Of a stretch of DNA of 64,000 nt, positions 20,585 to 30,178 are shown in pieces. The position numbers and the translations under genes were made by a program. The stretch is from Thermodesulfobacteriota bacterium (GTDB lineage: Bacteria > Desulfobacterota_D > UBA1144 > Nemesobacterales > Nemesobacteraceae), in NCBI GenBank assembly GCA_965202785.1, contig OZ241855.1, positions 736,001-800,000 of the forward strand. The letters are read 5' to 3'. A model generated the notes under the pieces. That model was given only the letters and a program-made list of their open reading frames with translations, did not search any database and had not been told where the DNA came from. The first letter of the stretch is position 1. Each line of letters begins with the position of its first letter.

Positions 20585-21236
20585 GGGAATTACCAAGTTA
20601 AGCCGGTAATTCCCTTTGTATACACAGAGGAGATGAATAATGAAGAAATTTAGTCTTGTTTTCATGGTTTTTGTTTTAGCGATATTTCTTGCTTGCGATG
20701 ATAACGATAGTGACACTATGGAGATGGAGTCGGAACCGACATCAGTGCCGATGAAAGGGTTTTTCGCCAGCATTGATGAAAACAACATGAACGACTGTCA
20801 AAGTGAAGACCTGACTCTGATGGTGGAAGATGAGTTGGTCATTGGCAGTAGCAACGTTACGGCACTAGGTGCGGGCGAAGCATTTGATGAAGCGGTATTC
20901 GGATATATAGGTATAAAGACGGAAAGCCATATAGCTGCTTCTTATGTAACGTCAACAAGGGAAGGCAGTCTTGTCAATCCCGGCGTTCTTTACCTAAGGA
21001 AGAAAGGGGATATATACGTTGGATTCTGGGGTGGCGAAGCTACACGCCCAGAAGGCAATCCATCCGTTGTTTGTCCTTACATAATGGTTCCGGCAGGTAT
21101 GGCGGAAGAAGATGGTTGTGAAGCGGAAGCGTATTCTGAATATCTCAAGAACGAAGATGGTTTATTAAAGACTTGTACCGCAGCACCAAACAATTAATGC
21201 ACAAAAAGATTTCGTCAACTTAATTTGGTAAGTCCC
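20585..21236. mobile_element. Non-autonomous TIR-bounded cassette (IS1595-like) carrying a lipoprotein gene
   Basis: Left end GGGAATTACCAAGTTAAG; right end GTCAACTTAATTTGGTAAGTCCC (reverse complement GGGACTTACCAAATTAAGTTGAC); flanks AAACATTG and AAACATTT form a 7/8 direct repeat. Confidence 0.7.
20640..21197 (+). CDS. Hypothetical lipoprotein
   Basis: Lipobox FLA-C19, acidic mature domain, visibly more AT-rich than neighbouring genes; family not recognised. Confidence 0.75.
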   Translation: MKKFSLVFMVFVLAIFLACDDNDSDTMEMESEPTSVPMKGFFASIDENNMNDCQSEDLTLMVEDELVIGSSNVTALGAGEAFDEAVFGYIGIKTESHIAASYVTSTREGSLVNPGVLYLRKKGDIYVGFWGGEATRPEGNPSVVCPYIMVPAGMAEEDGCEAEAYSEYLKNEDGLLKTCTAAPNN

Positions 21237-21289
21237 AAACATTTCACAGGGCACTCGGCGAAATGAGTTAGAGGAATCGGACTGTTTGG

Positions 21290-21397
21290 AAGATTATTCA
21301 GTTATTTAAGGTAGTTAGAATACAGTCTGCGGAGTTCTGAGAATCCATTCACAATCTATCGACAAGAAAAAGTGTTTCATATCAGTGAATTAAGAAA
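21290..21397 (-). repeat. Copy B (inverted) of the AT-rich element at 16030-16138
   Basis: Shares the core TGT(T/C)GATAGATTGTGAA and block spacing with copy A. Confidence 0.7.
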
Positions 21398-21670
21398 CTC
21401 CAAACGAATTTTTAATAATTTGTTAACAGCTCAAAAATTCTCTGAGAATTTTTCGTGCGGACACGCTTCTTTGCCCGCCTCGGGGATAACGTTTTTTCTC
21501 TTCGCCCGGTTAAAATTCCTGCCCGTTTGCGACAACGGTTCCGCGGTCGGCCGGATTTGGTCAAGGATGTTTGAGAGGTATTTTTAATTTCTTAAATAAT
21601 CTTTTGTTTTCAGCGGGTTAACTGTTGACCAGTTTTTTATACCGTGTAACCTAACTCGCCGGGTGAATTT

Positions 21671-24085
21671 ATGATTTTTCCTCTTGGATGGCTTACCGAC
21701 TACCTCAAAATTGACGTTTCTCCAGAAGAACTGGGAGAAATGCTCACCATGGCAGGCCTGGAGCTTGAAGCCCTTGAAGACAAGGGCAAGGCTCTTGCCG
21801 ATGTCTGTGTCGCCCAGATAAGCAGCATCGAAAAGCATCCGAATGCCGACAGGCTGAGTGTCTGCGAGATTACGGACGGAGAAACCCGCTACACGGTTGT
21901 CTGCGGTGCGGACAACATGAAAAAAGGGGATAAGGTCGCTTTTGCCAAGGCCGGAACCGTTCTTCCCGCTACCCCGAAGTTTCCGGAAGGCCTCCAGATA
22001 AAATCCTCCAAGATCCGCGGAGAGAATTCCGAGGGGATGCTGTGTTCTGCGGATGAAATGGGTCTCTCGGGCGACGAAGACGGGATAATGATTCTTTCCC
22101 CCAAGGCCGAGCTTGGAACCAGCATGAACGAGCAGATCGGTTACGACGGCGTTATCTTCGAGGTAGGGATTACCCCTAACCGTCCTGACTGCATGAGTAT
22201 TTTCGGGATCGCCAGAGAAGTCTCGGCAATACTGGGTGAGAATCTTCAGAAACCGGTTTTCTCCGTAAAAGAGCAGGGGGAAAACATTTCGGAAAAGGCC
22301 GCTGTAGTTGTTGAGGATGCGGAATCATGCCCCAGATACTGCTGCCGCCTCGTTGAAGGAGTCAGAATCGGTCCTTCTCCCGCGTGGCTTCAGGAGAGGC
22401 TTGAGTACTGCGGAATCCGTTCAGTTAACAATGTTGTTGACGTTACGAACTTCGTTTTGCTTGAGCAGGGACAGCCTCTTCACGCTTTTGATTACGACAA
22501 GCTTGATCAAGGCCAGATCTCCGTCAGAAAAGCCAGGGACGGGGAAACGATAGAAACGCTAGACGGGGTCGAAAGAAAACTGCTCGTTGATGACCTGGTT
22601 GTCTGCAGCGGGGACCATCCCGTCGCACTTGCCGGGGTCATGGGTGGATCCGGCACCGAAATAGAGGATGCGACGAGCAATGTTCTGCTTGAAGCCGCCT
22701 ACTTTTCTCCCGTGGGAACAAGGAAAACGTCCAAACGAACTGGTCTCAAGAGCGAATCTTCGAGCAGGTTTGAAAAAGGCATAGATATAAACAACGTTTC
22801 GTTTGCGCTTGACCGCGCCGCCGAGCTTATAAGCCGCTTATCCGGAGGAACAGTCGCCAAGGGGATTATCGACGTGTATCCCGAACCTGTTAGCCCGAGG
22901 GAGATCTCCATGTCAGTCGACAAGGTCTGCAATCTGGTCGGAATATCCACCGATTCCCAGGAGATAGCGGAACTTCTCGAGAGTCTTGGGTTTGAGGTTC
23001 TAAGCATCTCGGCCGGGGAGCTTTTGCTTCGGGCTCCGACTTTCAGGGTGGATATAGAGCGCGAGGTGGATATAGTCGAGGAAGTCGCCCGTCTTCTGGG
23101 TTATGACAACATTCCCTCCGTCCTGCCGGAGGTTCCTATGGTAGCCAGGAAAACCAACGTGATAACCGTTATGGAGAAAAGGCTCAGGGACATTTTCGTC
23201 TCCTACGGTTTTCTTGAGGCTATAAACTACAGTTTCGAGTCTCCTGAACTTCTCAGGACGTTCGGCTTCGAGGAGTCGATCCGCATTATGAACCCGATAT
23301 CACGGGAGCTTTCGGAGATGAGGATGAGCCTTCTTCCCTCGCTGGTGAAAAACGTGAGGCTCAACCTCTCAAGACAGAATCAGGACGTAAGACTTTTCGA
23401 GTCCGCGAAGGTTTTTTACCCCAAGGACATGGACCAGCTGCCGAACGAAGTGAAGAAATTCGCGGCGATTGCCACCGGAAAAAGGGCGCCCGAGATATGG
23501 GACGGGGAGAAATTCGACTTCTTCGACATAAAAAGCGTGCTTGAAAGAAGCCTGGAGGTACTTTCGGTGGATTCAAGGATAGAGTTTGAGTCCGTTTCCC
23601 CCGATCATGGATTCCTTTGGCCCGGAAAATCTTCCGCCGTGCTGGTTGACGGAAACGTTCTTGGGATGGTAGGGGAGCTTCATCCGCATCTTCTGGAGAA
23701 GCTCGAGATAAGCGAAAGCGTGTACGTGCTTGAACTCGATCTGTCACTTCTCTCGGTCGTCTACACGAGTTTCGAGAGGAAATTCTCCCCGCTTCCCAAA
23801 TTTCCTTCTCTTCGTCGCGACATAGCGCTTGTGGTCGATGATGCGGTTCCGGTACGGGAAATTCTTTCGGTTATAAAAAAGGCGGATTCCGGTATAATAG
23901 AAAACGCTTGGGTGTTTGACGTTTACAAGGGAGATTCCCTTGAGGAAGGAAAAAAGAGTGTCGCGCTTTCCCTGATTCTTCGAAACAGGGAAAGGACCCT
24001 TACCGACGAGGATGCAAACAGGGTTCAACAGGATGTTCTTAAGAGTTTGGAAAAAACGATAGGGGCCGAATTGCGTTCGATTTAA
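21671..24085 (+). CDS. pheT: Phenylalanine-tRNA ligase beta subunit
   Basis: HPNADRL, GMLCSADE, ITPNRPDC, NNVVDVTN..GQPLHAFD, PTFRVDI, C-terminal FDX-ACB domain (RDIALVV, GAELR). Confidence 0.97.
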   Translation: MIFPLGWLTDYLKIDVSPEELGEMLTMAGLELEALEDKGKALADVCVAQISSIEKHPNADRLSVCEITDGETRYTVVCGADNMKKGDKVAFAKAGTVLPATPKFPEGLQIKSSKIRGENSEGMLCSADEMGLSGDEDGIMILSPKAELGTSMNEQIGYDGVIFEVGITPNRPDCMSIFGIAREVSAILGENLQKPVFSVKEQGENISEKAAVVVEDAESCPRYCCRLVEGVRIGPSPAWLQERLEYCGIRSVNNVVDVTNFVLLEQGQPLHAFDYDKLDQGQISVRKARDGETIETLDGVERKLLVDDLVVCSGDHPVALAGVMGGSGTEIEDATSNVLLEAAYFSPVGTRKTSKRTGLKSESSSRFEKGIDINNVSFALDRAAELISRLSGGTVAKGIIDVYPEPVSPREISMSVDKVCNLVGISTDSQEIAELLESLGFEVLSISAGELLLRAPTFRVDIEREVDIVEEVARLLGYDNIPSVLPEVPMVARKTNVITVMEKRLRDIFVSYGFLEAINYSFESPELLRTFGFEESIRIMNPISRELSEMRMSLLPSLVKNVRLNLSRQNQDVRLFESAKVFYPKDMDQLPNEVKKFAAIATGKRAPEIWDGEKFDFFDIKSVLERSLEVLSVDSRIEFESVSPDHGFLWPGKSSAVLVDGNVLGMVGELHPHLLEKLEISESVYVLELDLSLLSVVYTSFERKFSPLPKFPSLRRDIALVVDDAVPVREILSVIKKADSGIIENAWVFDVYKGDSLEEGKKSVALSLILRNRERTLTDEDANRVQQDVLKSLEKTIGAELRSI

Positions 24086-24100
24086 AAAGGGGGGCTTTTC

Positions 24101-24388
24101 ATGACAAAGAAGGATCTGGCAGGCGTTTTGTACGAGGAAATAGGGTTTTCGAGAAGGGAATCCGCTGAGATAGTAAACTTTTTTTTCGACTTGATGAGAG
24201 AGAAGCTTATAGCCGGTGAAGAGGTTAAACTCCCGGGGTTCGGAACCTTCAGGGTCACGAGAAGGAAGTCCCGGATAGGAAGAAATCCTTCCACTGGAGA
24301 GGAAGTAGACATACCTTCCCGCCTCACGGTCGTTTTCAAGCCGAGCAGGTTTCTCAGGAAAAAGATTGACCAGAAACGGGGGGATTAA
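24101..24388 (+). CDS. ihfA: Integration host factor alpha subunit
   Basis: VKLPGFGTF..GRNPSTGEE..VVFKPS; canonical position after pheT. Confidence 0.88.
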   Translation: MTKKDLAGVLYEEIGFSRRESAEIVNFFFDLMREKLIAGEEVKLPGFGTFRVTRRKSRIGRNPSTGEEVDIPSRLTVVFKPSRFLRKKIDQKRGD

Positions 24389-25067
24389 AATACCGGACTC
24401 AAAAACGCCCCAATCTTCTTTTTTCAAGCAGAGCTTCATTGCCGGCATCCTGATTATCGTCCCTTTCGGGGTGACTATTTTTGTTCTCTACAAGCTGATA
24501 AAGTGGATGCTTTTCTTTTTCAGCACAGGCCCCGCCGGGATACTCCGCCACTTCATAGACGTTCCGCCTTACGTGTTTCAGGGGCTCTCTTTCGTCATAG
24601 GGATCCTGGCCACGCTGCTGCTGATCATTTTCCTGGGAGCCGTTACCAGGAACTTCGTTGGCAGAAGGATGCTTCTGTTCGGCGAGTCTCTTATCTCGAA
24701 GATTCCGCTTGCGAGAACTTTCTACGTGAGCGTGAAGCAGGTCGTGCAGACGCTTTTTTTCACCTCCCAGATGCAGAGCATGAGTAGGGTAGTGATGGTT
24801 GAATACCCGAGAAAAGGGATTCATGCCATAGCTTTCGTGACGGGAGTTACGGAGCCAAGGAGGGGCCATAACACGACGGACAATAAGCTTGTCAGCCTGT
24901 TTGTCCCCACGACGCCGAATCCGACAAGCGGCATTTACATTATGGTTCCGGAAGAAGATCTGCAGGAGCTGGATATTTCCGTAGAAGATGCGTTTCGGCT
25001 TATAGTTTCCGCCGGGATATCTCAAAGCGACTCCGATGTTTCTGGGCAAGATAAGAAAAACGGTTGA
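24366..25067 (+). CDS. DUF502-family membrane protein (start uncertain)
   Basis: AGILIIVP, IPLARTFY..KQ, VEYPRKG, FVPTTPNPTSG. Confidence 0.88.
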   Translation: MTRNGGIKIPDSKTPQSSFFKQSFIAGILIIVPFGVTIFVLYKLIKWMLFFFSTGPAGILRHFIDVPPYVFQGLSFVIGILATLLLIIFLGAVTRNFVGRRMLLFGESLISKIPLARTFYVSVKQVVQTLFFTSQMQSMSRVVMVEYPRKGIHAIAFVTGVTEPRRGHNTTDNKLVSLFVPTTPNPTSGIYIMVPEEDLQELDISVEDAFRLIVSAGISQSDSDVSGQDKKNG

Positions 25068-26451
25068 TTCCTTCGGGATGATCGCTCCTGGGGACGTGAT
25101 CGTCGCGGGAGTATCCGGTGGGTCAGACTCCATGGCGCTTCTCTTTGCTCTTTGGGACCTGCGGGAGTTTTATCCGGGCACAGATGTGATCGTTTCCCAC
25201 GTCAATCACGGGTTAAGGGGTGCCGAGTCGGATGAAGACGCCGAATTCGTCAGGGAAGCGGCCCGGCGGCTCGGCTTTCCGTTTGAGTGCGTGCGGGTAG
25301 ACACGGAGGGCTTCAGAAAAAAACACGGACTCTCACTCGAGGATGCCGCCAGGGAGCTTCGCTACGGCTTTTTCAGCGATATTCTGACGAAACATTCCGC
25401 CCAGAGGATCGCCACGGCGCACACGCTTAACGATCAGGCGGAGACGGTCATAATGAGACTTATAAGGGGAAGCGGTTCCCAGGGGCTTGCCGGCATAAGA
25501 CCGTCGGTCGGCAACATAATACGTCCGCTCATAAACGTCGCCAAGCATGAAGTCCTCGAGTACCTCCGGTCAAAAGGAGAGTCCTGGAGGGAGGATTCGA
25601 CCAACAGTTCGGATGAATTTCTGAGAAACAGGGTAAGAAACGAACTTATTCCCCTGCTTGAGAGCTATAATCCGGCCGTCGAGCAGGTTCTCTCCCGCGT
25701 GGCGGCGGTCTGTGCCACGGAGGCGGATTTCATTTCGGCCGAAGCCGAGAAAAGATTCGGGAAAATTGCCCGCGTCGTGGCGGGAGGCGTGCTGGGAGAC
25801 GCGGAAGAACTTCTTCGCGAGCCCGCGGCGATCAGGTTTTCGGTGATGAGAAAATCTATTCTGGCCGCAAAAGGAGACCTGAACTCGGTTTCCGCCAAGC
25901 ATCTTTTCTCGATTGACGAGGTGCTGCGCTCCGAGGAGTCCTCTTCGGAGATAAACCTTCCCGGTCGAGTCGTTTTTCATGTGGGACACGGGGTTTTCTT
26001 TTTTGTGCGCGAGGAGAAGCTTCGCGAGTTCCCGCGAACCGAGATAAAAACCCACGGGACTCACACAATCTCCCGGGATCTTGAGGTCACTGTTGAGCTT
26101 ACGGATGACGCCTCCCTCTGGGGCGCGGCCGACGTCGGATACTTCACGCCCGAGAAAGTCGGTTTTCCTGTAACGCTCAGAAGCTTTTCCGAAGGAGACA
26201 GGTTCGTTCCGCTCGGAATGAAGGGGGCCAAGAAGCTCAAGGATTTTTTCATTGACGAGAAAATCCCGAGATTTCTTAGGAAAAAAGTGCCGGTTTTCGA
26301 AACCCGAGACGGAATAATCTGGGTGGGAGGGTTAAGAACAGACAACAGGTTCAAGGCGGATAAGAGGAAAGGACCGTGGCTCAGGATAAGGATTTGCGGC
26401 TCTTCGCAGAAGCTGCTTGACCTTGCGATAAAAAGTTCCTGGGAGTCCTAG
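25036..26451 (+). CDS. tilS: tRNA(Ile)-lysidine synthase
   Basis: VSGGSDSMAL, HVNHGLRG, ARELRY, AHTLNDQAET, EDSTN, RNRVR. Confidence 0.96.
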   Translation: MFLGKIRKTVDSFGMIAPGDVIVAGVSGGSDSMALLFALWDLREFYPGTDVIVSHVNHGLRGAESDEDAEFVREAARRLGFPFECVRVDTEGFRKKHGLSLEDAARELRYGFFSDILTKHSAQRIATAHTLNDQAETVIMRLIRGSGSQGLAGIRPSVGNIIRPLINVAKHEVLEYLRSKGESWREDSTNSSDEFLRNRVRNELIPLLESYNPAVEQVLSRVAAVCATEADFISAEAEKRFGKIARVVAGGVLGDAEELLREPAAIRFSVMRKSILAAKGDLNSVSAKHLFSIDEVLRSEESSSEINLPGRVVFHVGHGVFFFVREEKLREFPRTEIKTHGTHTISRDLEVTVELTDDASLWGAADVGYFTPEKVGFPVTLRSFSEGDRFVPLGMKGAKKLKDFFIDEKIPRFLRKKVPVFETRDGIIWVGGLRTDNRFKADKRKGPWLRIRICGSSQKLLDLAIKSSWES

Positions 26452-26456
26452 CATAG

Positions 26457-26517
26457 CAATAGAAATGTATTAAATTCCATACATTTCTATTGACAAAAAA
26501 ACAAACATCTTTATATT
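26457..26517 (+). promoter_or_regulatory. 14-bp perfect inverted repeat overlapping the -35 of the TA promoter
   Basis: CAATAGAAATGTAT-N8-ATACATTTCTATTG (26457-26492); TTGACA 26490-26495; TATATT 26512-26517. Confidence 0.55.
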
Positions 26518-26599
26518 TGTATATTGTTGCCGTCTAAGAAACTGGCATTGCTTACATTTTTTGTTGTAATCATTGATTTTATCGTGGGGTGACTAAAGA

Positions 26600-27379
26600 A
26601 TGCTTGGAAATTTCATACGTGAACAACGGAAAAAGCGCCGTATTGGGCAGGGAGAGCTTGCTTCAGAACTCGGTGTATCTCGTGCCACTTACGTGCAGAT
26701 TGAGCTTGGAAAGCGTGAGCTTAAGGTAAGTGAAGCCAGAAAACTCGCTGAAGTTTTTGACATGTCTCTTGAGGATTTTCTTAATGAGGAAGAACAGCCG
26801 TCTCCAGATATTGAGATTAAAAAATCAGGGAAGAAAAAACCAGCTAAAAAACACAATATCCGTATCAGCGTTCCTCAGGAAAAAGCAGAGAAGTTCAAAC
26901 AGGTTCTTTTGTATGTTCTGGCTCAAATAGGTGCCCAACCAAATATAGGCCAGACAGTGCTCTATAAGATTCTCTATTTTATTGACTTTGATTACTATGA
27001 AAAATACGAGGAGCAACTAATCGGTGCGAAGTATATTAAAAATACTTATGGACCTAGCCCTGTAATGTTCGCCAAAATCATTGAAGAACTTGAGGAAGAA
27101 AACAAAATCAAAGAAGTAAAAGCCAAGTTCCACAACTATGACCAAGTGAAATACTTAGTCAATTCAAGGGAACTGGATCTATCGTCTCTTTCATCCAAAG
27201 AACTTGAACATATCAACTGGGAAATACGGAGGTTAGGCCATATGACTGCTACGCAAATCAGCGAATTGTCGCATCTTGATACTCCTTGGATTGCGGCCGA
27301 AGACAAGGAGCACCTTGAGTATGAACATGTGTTCTACCGTCCTGGACTGACTTCCGTCAGAGAATATGAAGAACTTTAA
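26600..27379 (+). CDS. XRE-HTH + Panacea (DUF4065/SocA-like) antitoxin
   Basis: N-terminal HTH; LYKILYFIDF, YGPSP and SHLDTPW motifs; AT-rich. Confidence 0.82.
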   Translation: MLGNFIREQRKKRRIGQGELASELGVSRATYVQIELGKRELKVSEARKLAEVFDMSLEDFLNEEEQPSPDIEIKKSGKKKPAKKHNIRISVPQEKAEKFKQVLLYVLAQIGAQPNIGQTVLYKILYFIDFDYYEKYEEQLIGAKYIKNTYGPSPVMFAKIIEELEEENKIKEVKAKFHNYDQVKYLVNSRELDLSSLSSKELEHINWEIRRLGHMTATQISELSHLDTPWIAAEDKEHLEYEHVFYRPGLTSVREYEEL

Positions 27380-27713
27380 TTCCCTGCCTGAATTCAAGGG
27401 GGAATTAAAAAAACTCTCTAAAAAATACGGCACTCTTGACAGCGATTTAGAGACATTCAAACAGGTTCTTTCAAGTTCTCCTGGTGGTTTCGGAAAGAAT
27501 TTTGCAGTTATCCATTCAACTGAAGTTGTCAAAATAATAAAAGCGCGTATGGCGTGTCGCTCTCTTCGCAACAGATCTCTTCGAATTATTTACGCATATG
27601 TTGAACACGAAGAGAAGATTGAATTCATTGAAATCTATTACAAGGGAAATAAAAAAAACGAAGACTTTAGCAGGATTAAGGGCTACTTAAAATCAGTTGC
27701 CGGGCCTGATTAA
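27366..27713 (+). CDS. RelE/ParE-like toxin
   Basis: EFKGELKKLSKKY, KARMAC..LRIIYAY, FIEIYYKG; overlaps the antitoxin stop. Confidence 0.72.
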   Translation: MKNFNSLPEFKGELKKLSKKYGTLDSDLETFKQVLSSSPGGFGKNFAVIHSTEVVKIIKARMACRSLRNRSLRIIYAYVEHEEKIEFIEIYYKGNKKNEDFSRIKGYLKSVAGPD

Positions 27714-27809
27714 AGCAATCTACTTTGGAACTCATGAAATTGTCAGATTATGGATGCTGTTACAAATTGTCTGGCAGAAAAAATTTTGGGACTTATATAC
27801 GATGCTATA

Positions 27810-28754
27810 CTAGTAACTTTCCCCGAGCCCGTTTTTAGCCACGTAGCACGCTCCAAGCACCCCTGAGTCGTCTCCCAGAGCGGCTCTCTTTATCTGAAGT
27901 CCCCTCTCCATTCTCCCAAGACACCTTGTTTCGGCTTCCTCAAGCGTTTTCCCGATAAAAAGTTCCCATGCGCCTGAGAGCCCCCCGCCCACGACCACCG
28001 TTTTTACATCGAGAATGTTTACGAGAATTGATATTCCCACCCCCAAATTCGCCCCGAAGTCGTTCCATACCGATATGGCTGCTTGGTCTTTTTCGCGCGC
28101 GAGTTCCGCTAGGCTCTCGGGGAGGGCTGATTCTTCGGTTCCAGCAAGCCTTTCGCGGAGTTGCGGGTCCTCGCGGACGATTCTCCTTATCGCTACCTGC
28201 GAAACATAGGTTTCAATGCAGCCCCTCGCTCCGCAGGCGCAAAGGGGTCCTGACGGGTTAATCGTCATGTGCCCCAACTCTCCGGCGAAGCCGTTTTCCC
28301 CCGACCAGAGCTTGCCGTCGAGGATTATTCCGCCCCCGAATCCGGTTCCCAGGGTTATCATTACCATCGAGTTTGAGCCTCTACCCGCCCCCGCCCGGTA
28401 TTCTCCGAGAGCCGCGCAGGAAGCGTCGTTTTCTATAAAAACGGGGGTTGCGGTTCCGATTTTCTCCGAAAGGACTTCTGTAAACGGGAAATTCTTGGTG
28501 TTTGCTATGTTCGGGGCCTGGACGAGAGTACCGCTTGCGCGGTCAATGGTTCCCGGTATTCCTATCCCGATTGCGGATACCCCTTCCCCGGCTAATCCTT
28601 CTATTAAGCCAGCGAGGTTCTCCATGAGCCGGGAGATACCCATGTGGGCGTCCGAGAGGGTTTTTCTCTCCCCGAGGGTTTCCCCCTCCTCGGAGATAAT
28701 TTTTCCCCTGATGTTGGTCCCCCCTATGTCTATGCCAAGGAATTTCCGCTTCAT
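27810..28754 (-). CDS. ROK-family sugar kinase (glucokinase-like)
   Basis: GIDIGGT, ENDASCAALGE, GTGFGGG, GELGH, CACGARGCIE. Confidence 0.92.
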   Translation of the reverse strand: MKRKFLGIDIGGTNIRGKIISEEGETLGERKTLSDAHMGISRLMENLAGLIEGLAGEGVSAIGIGIPGTIDRASGTLVQAPNIANTKNFPFTEVLSEKIGTATPVFIENDASCAALGEYRAGAGRGSNSMVMITLGTGFGGGIILDGKLWSGENGFAGELGHMTINPSGPLCACGARGCIETYVSQVAIRRIVREDPQLRERLAGTEESALPESLAELAREKDQAAISVWNDFGANLGVGISILVNILDVKTVVVGGGLSGAWELFIGKTLEEAETRCLGRMERGLQIKRAALGDDSGVLGACYVAKNGLGESY

Positions 28755-28981
28755 TTTCCGTTATTAAGCTGTGAAAAACCGTCCAGAAAACTCTATTTTA
28801 CCCTGTCTTTTCAGAAAATATTGACTGCGGTGGCGGATGAAGACACCGGATTTTTGCGCAAGCCGCATGTAACAAGGTATAAATTTATCCTGATTAGCGG
28901 GCGTTTCGCGTCGTGTATTTTTCGGGATTTATGTATTTAAGTTGACGGATTAGATTCAAGCTGTAAACCGGGTATAATGCA

Positions 28982-30178
28982 GTGATGATAAGAACTTACA
29001 AGTGCAGGGTGAAGCTGTCCAAGGCTGGTCATGAACGGTTGACCGAGATATTCGCGATGTCTGCGGAGCTGTACAACGCAGGCTTGGAATCCCGCATTGA
29101 CTGCTACAAAAAGACAGGAGAAAGCCGCAGTCTTTATGACCAGTACAAGGAACTTGTGCAGGTAAGAGCGGAGTTGCCGGAGTTTGAATCTATATCCAAT
29201 ATTGTGTTTCGTGGCGTACTCTCAAGGCTTGACAAGGCGTACAAATCGTTTTTTCGGAGGGTGAAGGCAAAGGAGAAAGCCGGATTCCCCCGTTTCAAGA
29301 GCCGGAAACGCTGGCGAACCATAGAGATAAATGACAGGGCATGGAGTATGCTCAAGCGTGAGGGGAACAAACTGATTCTAAAGGTCAAAGGGTTTCCTCG
29401 GATCGAGGTAAGGCCGTCGAGGGAGCTTCCCCCGAATGCCCTGCTCAAGGCGATTCGGATTACCAGAAAGCCTCTGCGGACGGAAGTGGCGTTATCGTAC
29501 GAATTGGCGACTCCCGAGGCAAAACCATTTACCAGCCCCGTTGGAATAGATATGGGCATATCGAAGCGCCTGACCTTGAGCGATGGGGGAACCGTGGAGA
29601 AGCGGGAGATAGACAGAAAGAAACTGATACGCCTTCAACGCTCCGCATCCCGCAAGGTGAAGGGAAGCAAAAACAGGCGTAAAGCGGTGCGTCTGCTCGC
29701 AAAGGAATGGCAGAGGGTATCGGACGGGGAGAGAGATTATCTTCACCGCCTGACCAGAGAGATAGTCAAGATGTACGACTTCATTGCGGTAGAGAAACTG
29801 AAGACAGAAAACATGCTTCGCGACGGGAATTTAGCAAAGAGTATTTCCGAGCAGACTTGGGGCAGTACCATTACGCTGCTTAACGAGAAGGCCGAGAGTG
29901 CTGGCGTTAAGATGGTGGCAGTGAACCCCGAGGGAACTTCGCAGGAATGTTCTGCCTGCGGAGCAACAGTAAAGAAAGACTTGAGCGTGCGTGTCCATAA
30001 ATGCGACTGTGGTTATGTCGCCGACAGGGACATAAACGCTGCAATTAATATCCTTCATCGAGGTATCTCGATTGCGGGCGGGAATGTTACCCGCATGGTC
30101 GGAAGGATTAAAGAGAAGTCAGAAGTTGTTCTGACTCGGCCAAGAACAGTGTACGAAAGTGTCAACTTAAATACATAA
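28982..30178 (+). CDS. tnpB: TnpB RNA-guided endonuclease
   Basis: GFPRFKS; RuvC-I VGIDMG, RuvC-II IAVEKL, zinc finger TSQECSACG..HKCDCG, RuvC-III DRDINAAINI. Confidence 0.95.
   Translation: MMIRTYKCRVKLSKAGHERLTEIFAMSAELYNAGLESRIDCYKKTGESRSLYDQYKELVQVRAELPEFESISNIVFRGVLSRLDKAYKSFFRRVKAKEKAGFPRFKSRKRWRTIEINDRAWSMLKREGNKLILKVKGFPRIEVRPSRELPPNALLKAIRITRKPLRTEVALSYELATPEAKPFTSPVGIDMGISKRLTLSDGGTVEKREIDRKKLIRLQRSASRKVKGSKNRRKAVRLLAKEWQRVSDGERDYLHRLTREIVKMYDFIAVEKLKTENMLRDGNLAKSISEQTWGSTITLLNEKAESAGVKMVAVNPEGTSQECSACGATVKKDLSVRVHKCDCGYVADRDINAAINILHRGISIAGGNVTRMVGRIKEKSEVVLTRPRTVYESVNLNT

Noticed and set aside
28924-28946. dif/Xer site suggested by TTATGTA and AGTTGAC
   Set aside because: It does not fit the 11-6-11 dif layout, the window is origin-proximal, and the motif is better explained as a TIR.
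28982-30178. Nuclease-dead TnpB (TldR-type repressor)
   Set aside because: RuvC D (GID), E (AVE) and D (DRD) residues and the zinc finger are all present.
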